Positions 35,752-48,122 of a DNA stretch of 64,000 bases are shown one piece after another (the stretch's first letter is position 1; each line of letters begins with the position of its first letter). The DNA is from Azolla caroliniana (lineage: Eukaryota; Plantae; Polypodiophyta): positions 12,028,001 through 12,092,000 of the forward strand of contig JBHGNT010000021.1 of NCBI GenBank assembly GCA_043228905.1, given 5' to 3'. A program made the position numbers and the translations under genes. Under the pieces are notes generated by a model. That model made no database searches, was not told the DNA's origin, and saw only the letters and a list, made by a program, of their open reading frames with translations.

Positions 35752-36297
35752 AGTGTTGTCCGTGGGACAGATTGGTAACTTGGGTATGAAATGAATCTGG
35801 ATGTAGGTGAAGTAAGCAAACCGTAACAGGGAAGGTAACGAAGATAATGCAGTCGTGAAACAGGGAACCAAAACGAGTAAAGACTGAAGCACGCCAAGCG
35901 GGAAAGCAAACTATAAAAAACATGAAGCAGAAACGTAATAAGGAGGGAGGATAGAAGCGAGAAGAGTAGGCCCTAGTTAGAATAGAGTACTCGGGAATGT
36001 AGAATATCTGTGCATACTTTCTATTGTAATTTTCGGTCGTGCGCCGTGTAATTACTATTACGTATTACATAATAAACATCTATGTTTTGGGTCAAATTTG
36101 GTCTATGTCTTAAGTGCATTTCTAAATAATAACTTCTTGGATTACAATCGGGTTTTTACGGCTAACCAATCGTTCTGGGTACAAATTGGATTGTCGAGCA
36201 ATCCCTCTCTCACCCTAACCTCCGCCACGTACCACAGTCCCCTGATCTGATTACCATAGGAGTAATCGAAGGTGTTGCTTTCACAAAGGAGACAACA

Positions 36298-36415
36298 ATG
36301 TTCAAGTGTATTTGGCAACTTTCACATGTCCCCATGAAATGGGCGACATCCTTGTACATTCTAGGCCACCAATATTTCTCCTTTAATTTCTCAAAAGTTG
36401 CCCACAAAGGTACGA
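36298..36415 (-). mobile_element. Gypsy integrase zinc-finger fragment (Gy family)
   Basis: WATFEKLKEKYWWPRMYKDVAHFMGTCESCQ. Confidence 0.8.
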
Positions 36416-37260
36416 CATTTGCTATATGTGAAGTCGTGTGGCTCAAGAGAATACTGAAGGATCTGGACATCTCCCCAATCGTGCTCTACTATGATAACCT
36501 GAGCAATATTCATCTTGCCCAGAATCTAGTATTTCACGCTCGGACTAAGCACGTTAAGGTGCACTATCACTTCATCCAAGAACGTGTCCTAGCTGGAGAT
36601 GTTGACCGGCAACACATTGGCACAAGCCTTCAGACGCCCAACATCTTCATGAAAGCTCTAAGAGCCGACAAGCTTCGACAATTCACACAGAACCTTGGAC
36701 TGACGACTCTGACGACGCCAAATTGCTAAGCTTGAGAGGGAGAGTGGTAGAGACATGCACATCAGCCAAACAAGTCATAAGTCATGAGCAAAGCCGAGTC
36801 AGATAAGAAAAATCCAACCGAAGGGCACTAGAGGTAGGGCTGAAGGATCGAACCTGGAAAGTTGAAACAAAGGAGCCAAATCAACTAAAGGTTGAAAGAG
36901 CCCAAGACTGAAGTTGACCGAATGTTGAGCTTGAGGGAGCGTGTTAAGAATCAAGCCCAACAAACTCTAGTGTGAACACACCATCTTGTAATATCAATTG
37001 ATGTGTCATAAGTAGTTACACCTCTATGACACATACTTATGGGCTAGTTAAACCGTCCCAAGTTTCTAGTAAGAGAGTAAGCGTTATAGTAGGAGAATGT
37101 AGAGAGAGGGTAACTATATAAGCATCCCTCCCTCCTCTGTAGTTGTTGGCTATTTCTCTTTCTTGTGAATATACAACTTCTGGTTTTCTATTTTTGTGTC
37201 TACCTTCTCTCTCAATACATCCACACATACACATTTCTAATCTGCACATAATCTCACCTC
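36416..37260 (+). mobile_element. Copia 3' fragment (RNase H, PPT-like motifs, probable LTR starting 36942; right end uncertain)
   Basis: EVVWLKRIL...YDNLS...FHARTKHV. GCTTGAG(A)GGGAG motif occurs twice, the second followed by TGTTAAG. Confidence 0.7.
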
Positions 37261-37516
37261 TAATTATTTAATCCCATATTGTACAACTTGTATTTTCTAG
37301 AACCTTGAAAGCCAACCTCCTTAGAATGTTACATGCACAGACTTTCTTGATTGATATTTTTTTGTTCTTCAAAGATTTTCCTCGTTAGTATTAAGAAAAA
37401 CATGTGAATGCTACAGCTTAAGCTTATGTGCCCAAAAGCTTACAATTTTCATGTACAATGATATACGATAATCCTAAGACCAAAGCTAGAACTTTGTAAA
37501 AGGTAAAAGAAAAAAG

Positions 37517-38820
37517 TTTTTTTTTTTCATTATGCCATGCTTCACTGTTAATCAAGAAAGGGTCCAAGGAAGTTGATAGTTCCATTGAGGCCCTTGCGTT
37601 GACTCAGAGAATAGGGGTAACTTTTTCCATAAGTGAAGGAGCTTCTTCTTTCTCTTGTTCACAGTCTCTGGTGAACCCTGCATGTTGTCATACTGGTCGC
37701 GGACTACTGCCACCAAGTTCTCCCATATCTCACGCAAGACATCTGAGAGACACTGATATGTCGCATCATAACGTCAGTTACATCGACATTTCCATAATGC
37801 CCATAACGTTATTGTAGTCATTGTTTTCCATATCTGGGCAAATCGCACCTGCTTTCGAGGTTGTTGAAAGGGACTGACCAATATCAATCTTCTATTATGT
37901 ACCATCATTGCCTCTTGAACATCGTTTGCCTCATACAACATCAAACTGGAATGTAACACTCCCCACATTGTTGATCCCCATGAAAATAAGCAACCAACAT
38001 TGATTGTTAAAAATAACGAAAGAACTTTATTCCATACTTGTTGAGCCAAGGAACATGACCAAAGGGCATGCTTGGTAGTCTCTTGCGCTTCGTGGCAAAA
38101 GTCACATTGTCGAAGATTAGGTGTTACATTCCCTTTCTATGAGTGACCAACTGGTAAGGCCATATGCACCAATAGCCATCTGAAGAGAATAAATTTAGTT
38201 GGCCCCTTGAATGACCAAATCCATTTCCAGTAGGTTTTCAAATGCAAAGTTGAGACCCCCCAAGTGGTCCAATGTTTCTGAGCTGCTGGTATCCTTGCAT
38301 TCCGAGAAAGCAATACTGCTCTTCCAAGTTTTACTAAGTATTGAAAGAAAGGAACCTTTATGATCTGTTCCCCCAAGGAATGTGACCAAAACCAGCCCCC
38401 CGGATCCCATGTTAATCTTGCAACCGGGTCTTTTGCATATAACCACAACATATCACATGTATGAGCAATTGAAGGATAAGGATCAAGCATCCATTTCTTT
38501 CCAAATTTAGCAATGACTCTAACTGGTGCACTTCGCAAGTGTTATTATTATTATTTCGGAAGTCCCTTCATTGATATTATTTCCGTTACATTCTTTCATA
38601 TACAAGCAAAGGAACATGGTTGATATGGCTTTGAGAACTATCATGCAAAAACAATGGGATGGCATAAACTTGTAGTGTATTTTTACAATATCCGTAGGTA
38701 TCCTTTCCCCCACCAAATTCCTCCCATATGATGACAAAGTGAGTAAGCTCTAATGATTTGTGTATTTTAAATATGAAGCTATTTGCTAATGCCTTAATGA
38801 GCGAAATTAGGAAACTTACC
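37517..38820 (-). mobile_element. 5'-truncated L1-like LINE relic (zf-RVT region, poly(A) tail)
   Basis: WKWIWS...FRWLLVHMALPVG, CDFC...ETTKHALWSC, LWALWKCR. A11 tail shortly after the stop at 37552. Confidence 0.75.
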
Positions 38821-39572
38821 AATCAACTAGTGTTTGTAGTGGTAAAATATCTAGGTGAATGAAGGATCATGCTTTTTTAATAACTCCGGTAATGATGGTA
38901 CATTGTCGTGATGTGGCGTGGCCAAAGATAAAAAGTTGAAAATCAGAGGGTCCACTCACTCACAAGGCTGAAAACGGTGTAGAGTTCGATTCTTTGATAT
39001 TGAGACATAGATTTTTAATGCCAAAATTAGACACTTCTTTTTTTCTATAAGAGGACAAGAGGGCCTAATTCAGGTCACCCTTTTTTTGTTTTCTTTTTTC
39101 TTCTTTTTCATCTCCTCAACCTACTTGAGGTTTTAGTGTTTATTTTCCATCTTCTTCGCGAGTCGTCTTTTTAACTCTACTCCCTTTAGCGTTTCTTATT
39201 GGTATTCTTCTTTGGCAGATTCTTCGACTTTCAAACTATTTATCTACTTACGTCTACTTCAAAGGTTCTGTCTTTTTCTTTGCAATAGAGAATGCTATGC
39301 ATCGCCAATTTCAAGAGAAGGGTTAGGCTACCTCACACTTCGGTCATTGAAGGGAGGATGAAATGACATAGGAACACTACGTTGTCATCCAGGCATTGTA
39401 GCCAACAGTAGTAGTCATGGTTCTGATGGCTCACTTAACCCACTTTTATCGGAAATTCCATAGCCCCCTTTTTCCTTTGTTTCTTTTTGTTCTTGTGCTC
39501 AAATTGTATGACCATTTTGTAAAAACCACCGAAATCGTGGTAACCTATCTCTAGTCATTGTAAACCTTATTT

Positions 39573-41324
39573 GTAAAAAGATCCCTTGTATACTTTTGCT
39601 CACATTTTTGATCCCTTAATCGCGTATTATGATCTTACCCTCGTGTGTTAATCATCATTCAAGTCATCACTCCCTTTGTGTCTGAAGAGCTTTTGAGTTT
39701 GAAGGGCCGTCAAGTCTGAAGAGCCTTCGACTCTGGGATCCCCTCAACCCTAGGGATATTTCGAGACTGAGGATCATTTGACTCTTGGATCATTCGGTTC
39801 TAGAGAACCTAGGACTCCAAAGAACGTTCAAGTCAACTAATGTTTGCACCTTCCATGTCCTTGCGTCCTCCCTGGTCCAAGTCCCTCATGGTCTAACTAG
39901 CGTAGCACACATATGCGCGTTTTTGCGACAACGTCATTTGCTAAAGGAGTTGGCGGTGGATTTTAAAAATTAGTTGACTTACTCATGAATTAGTTGACAC
40001 GTGCACTTTAGAAACATAGATGCATCATGAGAACATAAACGATTCAATGCTTCAAAGGGTGTGAATTAGATCTAAACTCCTACAAAGGTTATAGTTGTTG
40101 CATTTGTAGGCATTTCAATCCCATCCCATTGGTTGCTCCTTTATATGAGGTAGTGTCGGCTTACTACACCATTTTCAAATTAATAGCACTTATTGCTCTA
40201 CATTTGGTATGGGCTATAAATTACTTCTTCTAATTCTAAGGATTTTAATATTTTATTGTGTTTGATACTATTGGACACTTGCACAAGGTAGGGGTATACA
40301 AGATTTTGCTAGAATTGAAATAAACAAAAGATGTTTTAGAAGTTAAAAAGAGTTAGAGCATTATTGTCTTGTTTGGGGACATCATAATGGGCATCTATAG
40401 TTTATTTGGAAATTCAATTCCGCTTCTACTAGGGTAAAAAGATCCCTTGTATACTTTTGCTCGCATTTTTGTCTTAATTTCGTGTACACAATCCCTTAAT
40501 CGCGTATTATGATCTTACCCTCTTGTGTTAATCATCATTCGAGTCGTCGCGCTCCCTTTGTGTCTGAAGAGCTTTTGAGTTTGAAGGGCCTTCGAGTCTG
40601 AAGAGCCTTCGACTCTGGGATCCCCTCAACCCTAGGGATTTTTCGAGACTGATGATCATTTGACTTTTGGATCATTCGGTTCTAGAGAACCTAGGACTCC
40701 AAAGAACGTTCAAGTCAACTAACGTTTGCACCTTCCATGTCCTTGAGTCCTCCCTGGTCCAAGTCCCTCATGGTCTAACTAGAGTAGCACACATATTCGC
40801 GTTTTCGCGACAATGTCATTTGCTAAAGGAGTTGGCAGTGGATTTTAAAATTTAGTTGACTTCCTCATGAATTAGTTGACATGTGCAGTTTAGAAACATA
40901 GATGCATCATGAGAACATAAACAATTCAATGCTTCAAAGGGTGTGAATTAGATCTAAACTCCTACAAAGGTTATAGTTGTTGCATTTGTAGGCATTTCAA
41001 TCCCATCCCATTGGTTGCTCCCTTATATGAGGTAGTGTCGGCTTACAACACCATTTTCAAATTAATAGCACTTATTGCTCCACATTTGGTAGGGGCTATA
41101 AATTACTTCTTCTAATTCTAAGGATTTTGATATTTTATTGTGTTTGATACTATTGGACACTTGCACAGGGTAGGGGTATCCATGCTTTTCAAGATTTTGC
41201 TAGAATTGAAATAAACAAAAGATGTGTTAGAAGTTAAAAAGGGTTAGAGCATTATTGTCTTGTTTGGGGACATCATAATGAGCATCTATAGTTTATTTGG
41301 AAATTCAATTCAGCTTCTACTAGG
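39573..41324. repeat. Tandem duplication of ~870-bp non-coding unit (39573-40433, 40434-41324)
   Basis: Colinear high-identity copies with small indels; GTAA microhomology at the junction. Confidence 0.93.
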
Positions 41325-42732
41325 GTAATTGTCGAAAAAGTTGTAGGCATCTTCAAACCTTCAATTCCTAATCTTCATGATATGGTTTTATCGTTTTGAA
41401 TTAGGTGATGTGTCCACATTTCCTTGTCGTACATTGATATGGAGGAGGTGCAAGAAGAATACAAAAGATAACAAGTGGCTTGATGATTGTGTCAATGAAG
41501 AAATTTTAGCAATCATATTTGAGCCTGATGTATACTATAATTATCATTAACTCGGATGCACGTCTAACGCATGATTGTGAGTAGCAGCAGTGCATTTAGT
41601 TTTTTCTATAAATGCACCACCACCTAATGTAAATAGATGACAGGTAAAGTTTCTTCCACAATATTTTCACTGTGAATTAGTCCTCGGCGTTATTTTCATG
41701 CGGTATCCATGTTAACTATACAATAGTGTCTTCTGCCACTATCGAATTTTGCACACAAGTAGCGTGCACACTAGCATCTCTCATTATCATTTACACCATT
41801 GGGCAGCCAGTTCACCGGCAATACTTTCAAAATTAAGATGCCATGTGAACCAAAATCTCTCATCTCTCTAAACCAATAACTAATTAAAACAAAACCTTGA
41901 TGTGTATTTCAGCTTGAATATTTTTACATCAAACACAATTTGGCCCAAAATGATGGTCAAAAGACTTTACTGTAGAAATCAAGGGCTTCACAAATAAACA
42001 CTTGTGTTTTATGTTCTTGCTCATAAAAAATCATTTTTCATATCCTTCCACTCATAAGAGTGTGAATGGTGGCGCCTAACCTCGAATCCATCCACAATGG
42101 TAAACTGTCGCAGAGACGAGATCATGATGATATTTCGATGCCCTTCACTTATTACATTCCATTCTTCTCAACATAAAGTTATGAAGGGCATTCTCATTGG
42201 AAACGCCCAATTATCAACATAACCATAAAAACTAGGAATAAATTTTTTTTGAGATTGCAAGGTGATTATCAGAATACATAGCTAGACATCATAGCTAATC
42301 ACAGAAGCATATCATGCTTTAAACATGTGAACACCTTACCAAAGAGAAGAAACAATTTCTCTTCCATATCTTGGAAGAATAGCATCTATTTTATAGCATT
42401 AATGAAGGGGCAGTTGCCTTCTTAAAGATGAAAGGGCATTTGAAGAATTGATAAATATCATCCCCAAAGGCCATCAAACAAGTCATCTATCTATTTATCT
42501 GATACTAATACATATCCAGAGATGGCCTTGTGAACTGCTCACAGAGATAAATGTCGGGAGACAATGAGGTCTCAGTTCAGTTTGTTTCAATTTGTTTTGC
42601 ATCGGTATACCTCATATCAGTTTCCAGCACTTCTCCCTCTAGAACTCTCGGGTGGGTTCAAATAAGAGAAATTTTCACCCACAGAAAAAACACACCCGAT
42701 ATATGTCAGAAGAAAACGAGAACACCTTCCAT

Positions 42733-44199
42733 TCAAAAAGACATCTTTCTAGTCTCCCACACTTCCACGCCTTGCATCTCTTTGCGGGCAACAAAGAGGC
42801 GCTGCCCACCCGCATCCAAATAAGTGATGTCATGGCTCCCATGCCGCCGGTGCTCAACGAAATTCCTTCGGAATGAGGTTTCCCAGTACTCCCTTTCAGC
42901 CAAATCAACCTGTGTTCCAGCCAGAGGGACTTCCGACCACACTTCGAGATCACCCCCCCGGCTGCAATATATCTGCTTGTTATAGCACAAGAGCTTGGAA
43001 TTCGTGCATTTTCCCTTCACGACCATGTTCGGATTCACCTCTGTGAGCGTCATCCATGGGTCCTCGGCCTTGAGATGCCTCATGTCAGCCATGGCCACAT
43101 TACCTGACTCGATATTGACCTTAAATATGCCAGCATGCTCTTCATCAACAGCAATATCTGCAAAGCAATCCCGTTCCACAAGCCGTGGGTCCACACCCTG
43201 GATGTTGGGCTCTTTCCATTCCCAAACAGGGTCAATACTCTGTCTCATATCCCACAGCCTGATATATCCACTCCATCCAAAGGTACCACCATGGATGCCT
43301 GCAGTCATGAGCAAGTTTGTATTAGGAAGCCATTGGAGCTTTGTGGCCACCTTGGAGTGGGCCGAGTTGCCATTCTGACGGCCCACCTCTCCTGCCACTT
43401 GAAGAGTCACACGATCAATGAGCACCACCGTATTCTCAAGCCTGATGTCATTCTCAAAGGATGCAAATAAAGTAGTGGAATTTGAGGCAATCGCGCGGAC
43501 TGAGGGGTTATAGACACGGGTGTCATTTTTGTCTACCCAAATCACACTCTTGGCATGGAGACCACGGACAGCATCATAAATGTGGAGGCCCGGGAGGTCA
43601 CCAGAGCCGCATGCCACATGGCTGTCTGAGAGACGATGGAGCGAATCAATAGTGTTAAACTCAGTGAGGGTGGTGCGGAGCTTGCGGAGGGCCCAATCGA
43701 AAGCTGTGATCTTGCTTCCATGGGAGATTAGCAGGGAGCCGTCGGCAGAAGCACAGAGTGCAGAAGGGAAATCCCTGCCTGTGGGAAGGAGATTGGTGGT
43801 CCGCTCGAGGTCGATGCCATTGAGGGCATCGGGGGCCATGGCTTCGTTCACGATCCGGAGGAGTCCATAGAAGGAGGCTTCATCGATGAGTGCATCTTTG
43901 TCAAAGGAGGCAGGCAACCTTCGGGTGCGGAGGAGGTTGAGGAGGATCCGGAAGGTAGCAGGGTCTCGGTCGAAGAAGATTTGTGGACGTTGGTGTTCTT
44001 GAGTGGGGAGGGAGGAGGCGGACCTGGCGAGGAGAGAGCCATGGCCGCCACTCTGCAGGGTTGCAAGAGTGGTCTCGAAGACTTGGCCACCCACAGAGAT
44101 GGTCACGCGGCGGCCTGACCCTGACGATGATGATGATGCTGCTGTTGCTGCCTTGGGCGGCATCGAACCGTCCAATACAAGATTCCCATTGCTGGACAT
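42733..44199 (-). CDS. BTB/POZ (KCTD-type) protein with C-terminal WD40-like propeller, At5g41330-like, intronless CDS, 488 aa
   Basis: VTISVGGQVFETTLATL, FFDRDP, HGSKITAFDW, KLQWL...GYIRLWD, VEVWE match the recalled Arabidopsis At5g41330 family. First ATG at 44199. Confidence 0.9.
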   Translation of the reverse strand: MSSNGNLVLDGSMPPKAATAASSSSSGSGRRVTISVGGQVFETTLATLQSGGHGSLLARSASSLPTQEHQRPQIFFDRDPATFRILLNLLRTRRLPASFDKDALIDEASFYGLLRIVNEAMAPDALNGIDLERTTNLLPTGRDFPSALCASADGSLLISHGSKITAFDWALRKLRTTLTEFNTIDSLHRLSDSHVACGSGDLPGLHIYDAVRGLHAKSVIWVDKNDTRVYNPSVRAIASNSTTLFASFENDIRLENTVVLIDRVTLQVAGEVGRQNGNSAHSKVATKLQWLPNTNLLMTAGIHGGTFGWSGYIRLWDMRQSIDPVWEWKEPNIQGVDPRLVERDCFADIAVDEEHAGIFKVNIESGNVAMADMRHLKAEDPWMTLTEVNPNMVVKGKCTNSKLLCYNKQIYCSRGGDLEVWSEVPLAGTQVDLAEREYWETSFRRNFVEHRRHGSHDITYLDAGGQRLFVARKEMQGVEVWETRKMSF

Positions 44200-44262
44200 G
44201 GACAAACAAACAAGCAGAAGAAAGAAGAAGAAGAGAATTCACCTGTGCAGAGAAAATGATGA

Positions 44263-44530
44263 TTGTCTGTCTGTCTGTCTGTCTGTCCGTCCGTCGTTCG
44301 TCTTGGTTCTGAGTCTTTATCTTCTTCTTCTTCTTCTTCTTCTTCTTCTTCTTCTTCTGCTGCTGCTGCTGCTGCTGCTTCTGCTGCTGTTGCGGTCGAT
44401 GGATTCTTCTTCTTTCTTCTGTCTTCTTTCTTGTAGAACAAGTGAGGAGGAGACCACACGACTCTGCGTAGCTTTTTTCTCCACTTTCTTCACTTCTCCC
44501 TTCCTTCCTTCCTTCCTTCCTTCTTTCTTT
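44263..44530. repeat. Compound microsatellites (TCTG)n, (CTT)n, (CTG)n, (CCTT)n upstream of the BTB gene
   Basis: Directly visible simple repeats. Confidence 0.9.
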
Positions 44531-44964
44531 CTTTCTTTGTTTTCCAGAGAAGGGAAGGCCGCCGCCACCGCCGCCTCATGACTTGGCATGCCATCCCATG
44601 CCATGCCAAGTCCAACCTTTTTATGTATGTACTATTATTAACCTTCTTCTTCATCTTCATCTACATACATACTTACTTACTTACTTCCACAAACACGCAC
44701 CCATATGTATCCATTGAAGGTAGTTAAGGCCCTTGGGTACACCACTAAGCTCTGATCTTCCCTAGAAGGCTCGACTGCTCCCCCATCTTGTTCTTGTTCA
44801 AATGTTATGGCCATTTTGTAAAAACCACCATATTCATGGTGACGGTTGTAAACCATAACATGTATTTTAGGGTCATTTCTTATGTAATCAGTTAACATTT
44901 TGGTCTTACTTAATCTGGTGTGCATTGTATTAATAGAAGTGTATATTTGCTCTTAAGTGCCTTC

Positions 44965-45003
<39 letters not shown>

Positions 45004-45431
45004 AGAGAGAAGGAAAGTCATGGACGTCAAATCTTCACCTCCTTGAGTATTCACCTCCTTGGAATGTTCGCCTCCTCAAGTGTTCACCTCCTTTGAGTGT
45101 TTACCTTCATTGGAACCTTCTTCTCGCCTCAGCCTTTGAGCATCTAATTATATAAAAGGGGATTCACACAAGCTAATCTACAAGGCGATCTGAAGAATCT
45201 TTTCACATGGCATCATGTTCTCCCTAGTTGAGCTTCCTCGTGGTCCCACTTGAGTATGACATACACATGCGTTTATTCGACAATAGATTCATTGACATTA
45301 TCTTCTCACTTATACCCGTGAAGTATCTCTCCCCCCCACCCCCCTCTAACCGACCTTGTGAATGATACGGATTCATTGAGCTTCTCTTCTTACGTCCACC
45401 TTCATAGTTGAGCAATTTTATTTGCTAGGAG

Positions 45432-47995
45432 GTGAAGAACGTGCATTTGGATAAGTGCATGGACTACCTATCCGACAAGCAAAACAGGGTCACCTTTCGC
45501 CCTAGGCCTCCGGTGAAGAGGAAGAACAATTCGGAACTCGTGCAAACAGATGTATGCTATCACTATATTGATGCGAAGCCACATGCTGGCGCACAATACT
45601 TTGTGACCTTCATAGATTATTATAGCCAAAACGTGTGGGCTTTTGTGTTGAAGATAAAGGACCAGGTGTGTTATCCGTCTTCAAAGAGTTCAAGGCGAAA
45701 GTGGAAAGGGAATCCAAACGAAAGTTGAAGGTCGTTCGTACAGACAATGGAGGGGAGTATAGAGGGCAATTTGAAGAATACTACCAATCACAAGGCATTC
45801 GGTTGGAATATACAGTGTTGAAGACTTCGGAACTAAACGGAATGGCCGAGGGGATGATCCTATTAGAAATATTGAGAATCGAGTAGATAGGTATATAGAG
45901 TTACAACTGCAGAGATGGATATATGAAAACAGAATTTCTATTACATATGAGAGTAGTTCAAAATGGTAGTTTTCCCATGCACTCACACCTTAGAGCTTAG
46001 ATAGGATATGGACCGGCTCACTACAAAATTAGTGGGGACAAATGATCAATCTAACCACTGTGTGAGAGAAGTGACTTATAATCTATGTTTGGTCTTAGTA
46101 TAAATGTGCAAGTCAGTTGACAGTAGTGGAGATATTCCTTTTCTGTCAACTGACTTGTCATTTAATATGACCCAACTCCCTAGGTACAGGCTAGTGCTAG
46201 ATAATACTTATCTTGAAGTCAATGACGCATACTTCAAGACTAAGTACATTGTAACTTGCCCACAAAATATTCTAGCTGACTTGATTAGCCAATCCTTTTA
46301 TCTATTTCTCTCTTTCCTAAATATATTGTGTCCTACGCATCTACGGTTTCCTAGATTAACACCTTATCGACCCATATGGTCGAGTTGCACACTAGCCGCT
46401 CCTCATTTGGGGCGCTATCACAAAATGTGCACTCTAAGAGCACATATGGGGATAGATTTACAACTTGGGGCTGATCATTGATTATATCTAACAATCCGGA
46501 CTCTGATGGAGAGAGTTCGATGTATGCTGGCACATACATGCTAACTTGCCGAAAACCTATTGGGTTGAGACGTTGATGACAGTTATTCTTGTCATAAACA
46601 AGTCTCCCTCAGTTCCCTTAGATGATGATGTCCCACAAAGGGTGTGGATGGCAAAGACATGTCATACCGCCATCTAAGGGTGTCCGGTTGCCTATCATAT
46701 GTACATGTTGCCAAGGACTAGAGGGGAAATTTGGATTTCTTGGGGTATGGCGAAGATGAATTCGGATACCGACTGTGGGACCTAATTGACAAGAAGGTCA
46801 TCAGGAGTAGGGACATAGTCTTCATGGAAGAAAAGACTAGTGTCGATTGGGAGATGGAGATGGAAGATGCCCACAGCAAAGAGTGGTTACATGCCATGCA
46901 AGACGTGATGAATTCCTTGCATGAGAACCACATGTACGAGTTGATCGAGTTGTCGGAAGGTAAGAAGGCATTCCGAAATAAGTGGGTTTACAAATTAAAG
47001 CTTGGTAAGTTAGAAATCCACCCAGATTCAAGGCCCGCATTGTGGTGAAGGGTTTCCAACAGAAAAAGGGTGTAGATTTCGACGAAATATTTGCCCCGGT
47101 AGTGAAAATGACATCCATACTTACGGTGTTGAGCATTACAGCCAGCATGGACTTAGAAGTCGAACAGTCGGATGTCAAAACAGCTTTCCTACATGGAGAT
47201 TTGGAGGAAGAAATTTACATGCAGCAACCAGAAGGATTTGTAGAGGAAGGGAAGGAGAACCTAGTGTGCCAATTGAGGAAGAGCATGTATGGGCTAAAGC
47301 AAGTGCCTCAGCAATGGTACCTAAAATTTGAATCCTTCATGGTAGATCATGTTTCAACAAGACACATGCCGACCATTATATTTTCGTGAAGAAATATGAC
47401 AAAGGAGACTTCCTTATCCTCTTGATGTACGTTGATGGCATGCTCATTGTGGGATAGGACCTGAAGAAAATCAAAAGCTTGAAAAAGGCCTTGAGCAAAT
47501 CTTTTGCTATGAAGGATATAGGTCTAGCTAAGCATATTCTAGGAATGCACATTGTCCGAGACCAAACAAAGAAATTGTGGTGGCTGTCACAAGAGAAATA
47601 TGTGAAAAAGGTGCTCCAGAGATTCAACGTGCAGAATTCAAAGCTGATCGACTCGACATTGCCAACAAACTATAAGTTGAGCGGAAACCAATGTCTGAAG
47701 ACGAAGGCAGAGAAAGATGAGATGAACAAGATCCCCTACGCCTCAACAGCCAAAAGCCTGATGTATGCAATGGTGTGCACAAGGCTGGACATTGCCTATG
47801 TTGTCGGAATGGTCAACTAGTTCATGAGCAATCCCAGCAAGGAACATTGGGCGGTGGTCAAGTGGATACTTAGATACCTAAGAGGCACCTCAAGCATATG
47901 CCTTAGATATGGCTCAGGTAACCCCATGATGGAAGGGTTTACAAACTCCGACATGTCGGCTTATGTTGATACCAACCAGTCTACATCTGGGTACT
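45432..47995 (+). mobile_element. Decayed Ty1/copia internal region Co-E (integrase, RT, start of RNase H)
   Basis: RTDNGGEYRGQF, QSDVKTAFLHGDLEEEIYM, SLMYAMVCTR fragments. The IN-RT linker is deleted. Confidence 0.9.
45861..46493. mobile_element. Solo LTR inserted in Co-E integrase
   Basis: TATTAGA(A)ATA...TATATCTAACA termini flanked by ATCC on both sides. Removing it restores the integrase frame (GM-I-RTLMERV). Confidence 0.75.
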
Positions 47996-48122
47996 TTCAT
48001 TTCCATTTTCTTGTTAGTTCTGTCATTTCAATCTTTGCACCCGCATACGCATATGTATCAACTGGTTGCGGTCAATCGAATCCTTATCAAATACAACCCA
48101 TGAAATTGTAGGCAGTTGTATG

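Larger units (their letters stand above)
20686..36297 (+). mobile_element. 3' part of older OTA-like gypsy element OTA-G (decayed extra ORF 20686-22161 and 34673-35668; 3' LTR 35754-36297), interrupted by Gy-C
   Basis: Peptides homologous to the OTA-E extra ORF (ELQVLRADAENRKKEG; C-terminal ILDILTEE*). LTR with perfect 7-bp terminal inverted repeat TGTTGTC...GACAACA, TATA-like CTATAAAA and AATAAA. Confidence 0.78.

Noticed and set aside
39785-40855. Duplicated 62-aa ORFs as small genes
   Set aside because: TTG starts, no recognisable domain, and their similarity is explained by the DNA duplication.
44200-44205. BTB ORF start at 44205
   Set aside because: TTG codon; the first ATG is at 44199.
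44003-44604. Poly-Leu, poly-Glu and poly-Arg ORFs
   Set aside because: Translations of microsatellites.
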